Source of the DNA: Octopus bimaculoides | Taxonomy: Eukaryota | Reading direction: 5' to 3' | Assembly: GCF_001194135.2 (NCBI RefSeq) | Contig: NC_069004.1 | Coordinates: 12,845,533-12,909,532, forward strand | Length of the DNA: 64,000 bases | In this document: in pieces, positions 50,090 through 61,500 of the stretch | How positions within the stretch are numbered: the stretch's first letter is position 1 | Layout of the letters: the number at the start of each line of letters is the position of its first letter | Translations under genes and position numbers: made by a program | Notes under the pieces: model-generated | What the model was told of the DNA's origin: nothing | What the model saw: only the letters and a program-made list of their open reading frames with translations | The model's database searches: none

Positions 50090-51586
50090 TGGCTATGTGT
50101 ATGTATGTGTGAGGACAGTTGTGTACTGTAAAACAAAAGAAATGGATTTGTATATAGACTCTGATTATCAGCTCGTCATAATAACCTTTTATTGTCACTG
50201 GGCAACAGGTGGAGGAACATGTTTAAATACTAATAATAGCCTTTTTGGAACTTTTTCTTTGCAATCTGTGATATTTTATATCCAAAATGTTCCATCAGTC
50301 TGTTGTGAGGTTGAAAATGGTCGAGGCAGCAATTTACTAGAACTGGATACTTATACAATATTTAATTAGATGTCCGGTTGATCTGAGTTCAAATCCTGAT
50401 AAAGCTGACATCACTTTTCATCTTTCTGCAATTGATAAAATAATTACCAAGAAAATACTTTCTCCTGTTGTTTAACACCATTTCAGTTGTTGTTACTCAT
50501 GCAAATCTGTGGCCAAAGATATTCCTTGGTTTTGAATTCTAGTCAAAGCCTGTTCACTGTATTTTTGTGACTGATGGCCTTTACAAAACATATTACATCA
50601 AATTTCTCCTCCCCTGTAAATATTAGTGTTCTCTTTATAGTCATACACTCTGAGTCACAGCTAACACATGACAGGTTCATAGAATATCTCTAGTTCAAAA
50701 GTTCCTGGCTGGTCATTATTTTACATCAGTGAGTTCTTTGTATTTGAGCTCACCATGTAATTTTAGTCTGAAAACTGAATTATTTTCAATAAAAATCTCC
50801 AACATCTTTATGAAATACAAATGATAAATTTTGTTGTGCCAAGCAAGAATCATTATGCCAATATTGATAACACACACATACTGGCTCAATTTCACACTTT
50901 TATTATTAAATTGGTTGAATATCTAATGAATAAACTAACCAATCATTTAACTTGTCGGTTAAATGATCCTTTTTTTTTTCCTGTTCATCTCAGTTTTTTT
51001 GTTTGCAACCTTTTCAGTGACAAAAACAAAACAATGAAGTCAAAAGCCAAACCCTGAATAAGTCAGTAAGGCCTGTGTGCACACGTGGACTAACACACAG
51101 GTGATCCCACTGCCATACACACCTGTACAAATGCATGCACATTCAAACCTATCAGTCATCATCACCCTTATCTCCGCTCCTTAACTACACACACACACGC
51201 ACACAAAGTCTCAGACAAGCAAACAAAGCCTCCATAGCGAACTGGGAGGGATAGTCACTGAAAAGATTGCAAATAGCAATGAAAGAGCTTTGACAATTAA
51301 AACAACTGACCGTTTAACCAATTGACTCATAATAAAAGAGTGGAATTAAGCCAGTGTGTGTGTTATTATTGGTGTAATGATTCTCCCTAGACACAATGAA
51401 ATTTGTTTCAACACACGAATTCACATCAAGTATCTTGCAAGCGAAATAGAAATGATATATTTATTCATTATTTTGTTAACCGTTGANNNNNNNNNNNNNN
51501 NNNNNNNNNNNNNNNNNNNNNNNNNNNNNNNNNNNNNNNNNNNNNNNNNNNNNNNNNNNNNNNNNNNNNNNNNNNNNNNNNNNNNN

Positions 51587-51673
51587 TTTAGAGTTCAACT
51601 CCTCCATCATTTTGTTCAGAATGTTCACTTGTTCTTGCCAGAGTCTTCTCACTTGTTCTCCATATTTTAGCTT
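51587..51673 (-). CDS. SETD4: SETD4 last exon, interrupted by the gap 51487-51586
   Basis: KLKYGEQVRRLWQEQVNILNKMMEELNSK. Confidence 0.85.
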
Positions 51674-54600
51674 CTGCAAAAAGGAAACAGAAAAATTGTG
51701 TCAAGAAACACGATTTCAAAGCTGTCATTTTGTGCATGATTGCACATTTTGTCAACATCCTGAAAATAGCATTTGTGTTTTGATATGAAAACCTAGAATT
51801 ACGCATGACATATAACCACTCATAACTTTTATTTATTTCTCGGAATTTTCAGAAAATTTTTGTGAATTTAAATTCTATATGCAGGACTTCACATATGATT
51901 ATACCAAAAAAAATTGTGGTGGAGTGTGATTTAAGGCCTAGGCCTATTTGGCTGCTATTTTTAGCACATATGACAACTATCTCAATGAATGTGACAAAAA
52001 TATTCAATCGGTAAACAAGTCCGCTTTTTTAATACAAAGGGACATCTCATGCAAGTAATCAAATCGATAAACGTGCGTTCTTATTCTAGGCATGCCTAGA
52101 TATCAGTAAATGAACACTTAATTTCTAAAAATTCACTGTCACCCACCAAAATCTCAAATCGCCCACCATTTTCTAGGAATTCGCCCATTGCCCACCTTTA
52201 AGTTGAAATCGCCCACTTTGGGAAGCTATGCTTTAATCACTAAGCTATACACCTTCAACTTTCCCCATCACCACAATGTAGTAGAAAAAATTATTAAATA
52301 ATTACATTGTGTAACATGATTTTTGTCCCTAGGTAGAAACTGTTATTTCCTATTTGCTTACACTTAGTATGAAAAATAGCTAATATTTCCTCCAGACTTT
52401 GCTTTCGTTACAATATTTATTCAAACCCAAAGAATCCCTCTCAACACAAGGCTATGATGCCCCCTTACTACTGCTGCTAATGGTCAGAGATGCACATATT
52501 GTCAGCCACTCAAGGACATGCTCAAGTGGTTAAGGTCAAGCAATTGACAATATTTGCTATAACGATATTTCTGCTTCAGTAACTCAGTGCTGAATATGTT
52601 TGAAATGTAATGGAAAACAGGTCAGTTTCAAGACATTGATGTCCAGGTCCCAAAAGCAAAATTTGAAGGGAATAGTAGTCATTTCCTTTGATTTCTAGAT
52701 AGAAGCAAATAGGAAATAACACTTACTGACCAAAGACAAAAGAAAATATAAATTTTGTTGTCCAGTGTAATTAAAATAACAATAAAAGTAGAACCAAGAA
52801 TAAACTAAACTGTGGATTCACTAATGCAATTCAAAATGTGATCCACTGACCTGTGTCCTTGGTTCCAACAGTTGCAGTTCTGATGAATGTTTGTCCATAA
52901 TAAACTTGACGAGATTTATGGTAAACTCCAAAACCTCAGGTGGCCATTCTTTCTTAGACAAACAGGACTCCCAACAATTCCTGAAAATGTGAGAATAAAT
53001 AGTTTAGAAAATATCACTTCATGTCACAAGGAGTGCATAAAAGGGTTAGCATCTGGTTGCAAAAAAAAGGTTTGTCCAATCCATACCAGCATGGAAAAAT
53101 GGATGTGGAAAATGAAGAAATGACTACAGTAATAAGTGAATATGATCTTAGTTCAGTCAACTTGTGTAGGGGGAAAAAAGCACGCAAATCCTTCAAATAA
53201 GTAAATAATAATAATAATAATTCAAGAAATTATATTCCTTTTCATATATTGTCTATTCTTTTATATTTTATTTGTTTCAGTCATTTGACTGCGGCCATGC
53301 TGGAACACCACCTTCAGTTGAACAAATCGACTCCAGGACTTATTCTTCATAAGCCGAGTACTTATTTTATCAGTCTCTTTTGCCGAACTGCTACGTTACA
53401 GGGACGTAAACACACCAACATTGGTTGTCAAGCGATGGTGGAGGGACAAACAAACACACACACACACACACACATATATATACAACAGGCTTCTTTCAGT
53501 TTCCGTCTACCAAATCCACTCACAAGGCTTTGGTCGGCCCAAGGATGTAGTAAAAGACACATGCTCAAGGTGCCATGCAGTGGGACTGAACCCGGAACCA
53601 TGTGGTTGCAAAACAAGCTTCTTACCACACAGCCATGCCTGCGCCTAATATTAATAAATATATATATATATTTATTAATATTTAGCAGAAGTAACAGAGT
53701 GACTCAAGGTCTGAGATATTCATGCATTAACGCTTATCAAACTAGAAGCTATAGCTGCTTGTTGACAAATTTTTCCGCCTTGTAAGGGTAATTTACCCAG
53801 TATTTCTGCTATTCTAAAGGCAATTCTGTGTCTGAAAATATATCTTCTTGTTTGTATCGTACAATACACATTTCGATGCTTCTAATAAAAACAAATGTTA
53901 GTTTGTTTATATCTATACACACACACACACATATATACACAGGGTGGGCCAAAAGTCACACACCAATAAGCTTAATATGCTCTTGAATTGTAAAAGACGT
54001 TCATCAATTTTTCTAAAATTGGATAAAAAAAATAAAATAAGGATGAATACACACATAGCGCAGGAGTGGCTGTGTGGTAAGCAGCTTGCTTACCAACCAC
54101 ATGGTTTGAACTCTGAACGTAGCAGCAGACAAAATACTGCTAAGTATTTCGCCCACCATGCTAACAATTCTGCCAGCTCACCACCTTAATAATAATAATA
54201 ATAATAATAATTTCTACTATAGGCACAAGGCCTGAAATTTTGTGGGAGGGGACTAGTTGATTACATCGACCCCAGTGCGTAACTGGTACTTAATTTATCA
54301 ATCCCCGAAAGGGTGAAAGGCAAAGTCAATCCCAGGTGCTCTAGCATGGATTCAGTAATAGATAAGAGAAAAGAAATTTCGGTTTGTTTTCACTTGAAAA
54401 CTTAAGAGAGGTGGAAGTAAAACTGAGTCAAATATTTCAGTCTTGTAACTCAGAATTAGAAAATCACATTAAAATTAGTACAACTTTTATGCATTTATAC
54501 AGACTTACAGTTCTTGCCAAGACATATTAAGAATGTGTAAGACAGACTGTAGGTTCCAGGAAATTCCCGTATCTCCAAGATAGTGTAATTGCCTGGAAGA

Positions 54601-57600
54601 AGAAAAACAAAAAAGGGCAATAATTTAGGAAATTACTTAACAAGTCCTTTTAAGTTAGACAGGGGTGGGGAACAGAGGAAAGGTCCATGACCTTTGCAAA
54701 TCATTCTTTCTTAGACTGGTGAGGTTAACAAAATTGATGATGAGCCTGAATGTGAGCAAGGGAGCCTTCATGTGGTCGTTATACATACTAGAAAAAGCAG
54801 CCAAATCCCTTTCAAACCACAGCTATCCAACTTTAAAAAAAGAAAGATACAAAATGACAGGATGGTCATGGGTAGAACGCCTTTGATAATAAAGTACCAA
54901 AAGTCTCGATAGTGTCTAATCAGAGCTCACAACTGTCTTATGAGGAAGAAAAGACACACTAAACTATTTAGTCTAGTTCCCAATATATAAAAACATAAAA
55001 TGGTTACAGATGGAATATCTTTGACTATAGGGTTCTTTCAATCAGGGCTCATCTTTTACTGTGTTCAAAATAAAAAAGGACACATTGGATGATGTACTCT
55101 TAACCCTTTAGCATTTAAACCAGCCATATGCAGCCAAAATATTTTACCTGTTTTATGTTTAAAATGGTGTGGGGCTTACCACAAGGGCCTCTTTTAGCCC
55201 ACAGCTGCTGCGCTAAATGAAAGTAAAGCCCTGGCTGGACATGGTTGGGGAAGATCTCCACAGGCTTGACAGCACCTTGGAGAATGCAGAGGGGCTGGCA
55301 CAGGGCCACCAGGAATGGAGAGCACTGGTGGACATGGTCGGTTCTACACCTGATAATGTCTCTGAGACCACTAATCTGGGAAGCCCCCAGCTTCATCAAC
55401 CAAACATGTTCAAACTGGCCAAATCCAACCTCTCACTATTACTCTACAATGTCGTTCTAAAAGTAAACAAAAACCTCATTGAAATCTCTCAGCTACAAGA
55501 TAATGCATGATTAATTCAAAACATAATGAAATTAGCAGGACATTTGACAGAGTAGTTTGACTGCTAAAGGGCAAGATACACTTCAGGATGGTTCCAGTTG
55601 AAACGCCGCTGATCATAGGCAAGCTTGATCATATTTGAACAATGGCTAAACAGCCAACAACATCTGCAAGGAGCAAACTAATGTTATCTGTTCAGAATGA
55701 TTACCATAAAGTAAACTCTGCTAAGATGTCCAAGGAGCAGAAGCTGGTGCTAAGACAACCAACAGAGACTAAGGAGGGAGGAGAGAGTGACCAACCCCTT
55801 ATACAGAAATAATTAGGACAACTTACTTTTTCAGGTTATATTTCTCAAGTATTTCTTCCTTTTGCCGGAGGCAAGCAATACTGAGGCAGGTTGAAAAGTC
55901 TCTGATGGTGTCTAGAAAGAAGGAATTGTTAAATGTTAGTGCAAAACAGTTGAAAATACAAGGTGCCTTCCAGAAGTTTTGAGACTGTTTTAGGAGAAGC
56001 AGTTATAATTACCCTAGATTGTTGTAACTTTAGTACATCATTACTATACATCTAATAATTCCAATCTGGCAACCTTTGTTATTCCTGATTGAAGGAGACA
56101 GCTGTAACAGCACTTTGAACACACCCTACTAAACATTGCTTTTACAGCTGACTACCTTGCAAAATGTGGTTGAGACATGAAGACAATTTAGATGCACTCT
56201 GTGCAATAAAGTTTGGAGTTAAACTGGGAAAAAAAAACACCACAGAAACTTATGGAATGCTCCAGAGAGATTATGGATGGACTTTTTCACGGGCACAAGA
56301 ATTTCAAGGATGTCAGAGAGAAGGTGAGGGTCAACGAGAGACGTGGGAGGGAGAGGGACATCAGAACATGAAAGCTGGTTGACAAAAATTTACAATTTTC
56401 TGGAGAAAGACCATTGTGTGTCTATAAAGGCAATAAGCAAACAGTTTGGATTTGGCATGGCAACTGTACACAGAATTATTCATGAAGATCTGAACATGAG
56501 CAAAATTAGTGCAAAGTTTGTTCCCAGGGTGCTCAGTAACGAGTATCCTGGTAACCAACTACTTAACAGACATGGGCATCAAAACTGTCCCTTAGTCTCT
56601 CTGCAGTCCAGACCTTGCTCCCTGTGACTTTTGGTTGTTCCCCAAGCTGAAGGAGAACCCCAGGGGCAGTTGTTTTGAAGATGAAGGAGGCTGTGACAAG
56701 GGTCCCGGTCACCGTTTTGGAAGACTTTGTGGTTTGGCAAATCATCATCATCACCATCATCATTTAACATCCGTTTTCCATGCTGGCATGGGTTGGATGG
56801 CTTGACCAGAACTGACAAGACCAGGAGCTGCACCAGGTTCAATAGTCTGTTTCTACAGTTGGATGCCCTTCCTAATGCTAACCACTTTACAGAGTGTACT
56901 GGGTGCTTTTTACATGGTACCAGCACCAGTGCTTTTTATGTGGCACCAGCGCCCACACCAATATATGAGTATAATTTAGTAAATGGAAACTGAACAGAAG
57001 CTTGCATGTGTGTGTGTGTGATTCTGTGTTTATGTATACCTTGTTAACCAGTGTTGTGTTTATTAAGTGACCTTTTATGTCTTGTAACTTTGTGGTTTGG
57101 CAAATCATCATCATTATTTAACGTCCATTTCCAATGCTAGCATGAGTTAGATGGTTTGACAGGAACTGGCAAGGCCAGGGGTCACACCAGGTTCCATAGT
57201 CTCTGCTTTGGCTTGCTTTCTACAGCTGGATGCCCTTCCTAATGCCAGCCACTCCACAGAGTATACTGGGTACATTTTACATGGTACCAGTGCCTTTTAT
57301 GGGGCACCAGCACCCACACCAATGCTTTTTACATGACACCTTGGTTTTAGGATATCAAATAAAGAAATAAATAAAACAAGTACCAGACAGGAATAAGTAC
57401 TGGGGTTAATAGCTATGATAGGCTAAGACCCCGAAAAGTGCTGCCTCTGTATGATGACAGTCCGGTGACTGAAACTACTGAAAGAATTAAAGAATATAAT
57501 ACTAACCGAAAGAAAATTCATAAAAATTATGGGGATTATCAGGAATGATGAAACCATATTCCACAAGCAGCTCTGAATTATTGTGTGGGCCATACTTGAT

Positions 57601-58545
57601 GAAAACTTGGTCATATTTTCTGTAGCTGTCCAAGGTAAGAATCTCAAAACAATTTGTGACTTTGTTGAACTGAGTAATAACCTGAGAAAAAATGACAGGT
57701 GAAAAAATTCAGTTTGGTGAATCTGCATTTGCAAGACAAAAAACGAAAAAACAAAAATTCAGTCCTTAACTAGTCAGCAGGCATGGCTGTTTTTCCAATA
57801 AATCTCTGTTAAATTATGCTTATTTTTAATTTTTTTCTGAATTTTTCAAATTGTAAAGATAATTTATGGACACCCTGTGTTCTGGGCAGATGTCTTCTAG
57901 CAGTGCCTCAGTGGGACTATTTCCTCGAGAGTGATGTAGAAGAAATCTGTTTTATATGTATGTTTGTGTATATAAATATATATATATATATATATAAACA
58001 ATTGCAGCGTGGAAGGTGTTTATAAGCCATTTAAAATAACACACAAAATCCGTTAGATTCACTTCAACATTTAAATTTAATTTGTCAAAATATTTTCGTC
58101 GCTTTGAGACCGCGACCTGTTCACTGACAAAATTCTGTGCTNNNNNNNNNNNNNNNNNNNNNNNNNNNNNNNNNNNNNNNNNNNNNNNNNNNNNNNNNNN
58201 NNNNNNNNNNNNNNNNNNNNNNNNNNNNNNNNNNNNNNNNNNNNNNNNNNNNNNNNNNNNNNNNNNNNNNNNNNNNNNNNNNNNNNNNNNNNNNNNNNNN
58301 NNNNNNNNNNNNNNNNNNNNNNNNNNNNNNNNNNNNNNNNNNNNNNNNNNNNNNNNNNNNNNNNNNNNNNNNNNNNNNNNNNNNNNNNNNNNNNNNNATT
58401 TTGACAAATTAAATTTAAATGTTGAAGTGAATCTAACGGATTTTGTGTGTTATTTTAAATGGCTTATAAACATCTTCCACGCTGCAATTGTTTTCGTTCC
58501 AGCACACGATCTCAGATCAGGTCACTTGCTATGCAAGTGCATCTC

Positions 58546-58598
<53 letters not shown>

Positions 58599-61500
58599 TT
58601 AAATATATAGGGATAAATTATCCAGGCAGATACTGTAAGAATAAGAGCTCTCAGGTATATTCAAGGTTCTGGCCAATCACGTCGAGTAGTAAGAAGCATC
58701 AAGGATTGCTTATAGTAAGCAATCCCACTTTAATTCTTCTGCTGGGTAAATTTGGGTTTGCTTCACTAGAGTATAAGTCCCAAAAATTACAAAGAATACA
58801 GAGACTGGTACATCTTCAAATTTCTCCTTTTAATTTAACAGTCAATAATATACAGCATAATTAGTTAGCTAAAATGACCAACACGTGTTTCTGCTGCATA
58901 GAATATTGTGGGTTGCATACACAAGTGCACAGACACTATGCAGCAGAAACATGTGTCAGTCATTTTAACTAATTATGCTGTATAATTAACTGTTAAATTA
59001 AAAGAAAAAATTTGAAGATGTAGTAGTCTCCATATTCTTTGTAATTGTTTTGGATATATATATATATATATAATACAAATGATATATGAGCATATGGATG
59101 TATACATACATATATGTACATACCTACATCTACATGTATATATAGATGCATATCCGGGTACAGGACGTCAGAAAAATGAATGGGAACATAAAGCACAAAA
59201 ATGGACTTTGTTTACAGACAACAGAATGAACACGTAGGAAAGCAGACGAGCCACTTATGGAATTATTCCTTCATCAGCTGCCTCTATTCTAAACTAGGCG
59301 TTTCGAAGATGAGGCAGAACGCACTCTTAGAATAGCTCTTCCTGAGTAGTGGATTAACCCACTAAACAGAGGATTCCAAGGTAGCAAACACAAACCAAGA
59401 CAGGAAAAATTAGACAGTGACAACAACATTATATATAAATAAATAGGATGGTAGAGTATTGTCAAGGGTGCATGAATAGGGAGCTGTTAGTTCAAATGAA
59501 TGCAAAGAGAGAGAGAGAATGCAGTGAGTGGTGGGACCTGGGTATATAGAGGAGCAAGAGACAACAGGATAGCAAAAATAGGCGGTGAGCTGGCAGAAAC
59601 ATTAACACGCAGGGCGAAATGATTAGTGTTATTTCATCTGTCTTTATGTTCTGAGTTCAAATTCCGCCGAGGTCCGCTTTGCCTTTCATCCTTTCGGGGT
59701 CAATAAATTAAGTATCAGTTACGCACTGGGGTCGATGTAATCGACTTAATTCCTATGTCTGTCCTTGTTTGTCCCCTCTTTGTTTAGCTCCTTGTGGGCA
59801 ATAATAAAAAAAAATAAGAGAGAACAGGATAGCAAAAATATATTAAAACAGTTTTCATGATGTGAATAATCTAAAAGATTATAAGATGTTGCAATAAACT
59901 GACCAGCAGCTGCCAAGCTAAAAGTTCTAATAGGCGAAATACATTACAATATTTTCAACTGACCTTTGCATCAGGTGAATGGTTCAACAGGTCTAGATAT
60001 GGAATCAAAGCACAATTCTTTCCAGATTCTTCAATGTAAGGAGAAGTCGGAACCTCAAAGTAAACACATCGAGTGTTGACAACATTCCATGCCCAGCGGA
60101 AATTTTTCTTGCAAGTCAAAACACTGGTAAGGTAAGGATAACCAAGTACACAGCAGCACTGAGAGATTGCTTCATAAGCATCATAAAAAGTCTTCAAACT
60201 CTTCTGTGCCAGGCGTGATGTATATGGTGGTAAGGCATCTACTGCCTCAGTTTCCCAGTTAGTGATTGTGTCAAATTCCAATGGTAACATTGAAATATAA
60301 CTGCTCCAAACTGAATCACTGCTTTTTGCTCTCTCAGCCAATAGGAATACAGAGAGGGCAGCCTGAGCAGTGATTGGTGGGTTGCATCTGAAATCATAAG
60401 ACAAGGTTCCATTTATCAAAAGAGAGATAGAAAGAGAAGGACAGACATAATTATTATAAATCTATTTCATTTAATTCTCTTCTTGTTCTCAAAGCTTTCA
60501 ACAATTTAAACAAGTATCTTTTAGTATCTTTTACTTGTTTCAAGTGTGGAGGGAATATGGAAATTACATCAACCCCAGTGCTTAACTGATACTTATTTTA
60601 TCAGCCCTGAAAGTCAACTTTGGTGGAGTTTGAACTCAGAATATAAAGATGGACAAAATGCCACTAAGCATTTTGCCCAGCATGCTAATGATTCTATCAG
60701 CTCACTGCCTTTAGTCTTTAACATTTTCCCATTCCTTGGCGTTAGGAAGGGCATCCAGCTGTAGAAACTCTGCCAAATTTAGATTGGAGCCTGGTGTTGC
60801 CATCCGGTTTCACCAGTCCTCAGTCAAATCGTCCAACCCATGCTAGCATGGAAAGCGGACGTTAAACGATGATGATGATGTCCCAACAAAGATCCACTTC
60901 TTTCAGCTCACCTTTAACTGTTCTACACCAAATGTTCTCTGGGTACCCAGGTTTTCATTTTCCAGGTAGTGTCTATCTTAAGGCTACCTTTGGTATCCCA
61001 TAATGATCTATTCTGAGTGTCTGGCTTAATCATCAGAGCTTCTGGTGCTTCATTTCATGCACCACATTATCACAACCAGTTTTCTGGTCCAGCTCTTCAT
61101 TTAAAAACTTCAATGACAATGAGTGCAATTGATCAAATAATCAAATATCCAGGTAGAAAAAAAAAAGCAACAGCAGTTGAATATGAATTCAGGTTTCCAT
61201 ATTCTCAACATGTGATATAATCTCTTATTGTTAACATCCACACAGCTCGGCCACTAATAACTCTAAACAGATCAGATTCAACCCATTATTTTTCTCTATG
61301 TCCAAAGGTTCAGACATAGCTGTATGTTTAAGAAGTTCACTTTACAGCTGATGATTCCAAGTGTCTCCTACAGTTACCAAGGGTTTTTCAAAGCTTTGTG
61401 AGTGAAATTCAGTAGACAAAAACGTACAGAAAATGGTCATATAAATATATGTATATACGTGCGTGTCAGTATGTATATGTGTTCACGTCTACAAATGTTA

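Noticed and set aside
51680-51770. Alternative upstream acceptor for the last SETD4 exon
   Set aside because: The in-phase frame hits a stop; the acceptor at 51675-51674 gives the conserved C-terminus.
53249-53785. 178-aa ORF and similar 60-150 aa ORFs in the supplied track
   Set aside because: They are read-throughs of SINEs, microsatellites or N-gaps, with no recognisable protein features.
59250-59340. Minus-strand CUGAUGA (59271-59277) and GAAAC (59300-59304) boxes suggesting a third hammerhead
   Set aside because: No permutation gives a full core: the GAAA expected after the GGAA/UUCC stem reads AUAA, and the alternative helices do not pair. At best a decayed relic.
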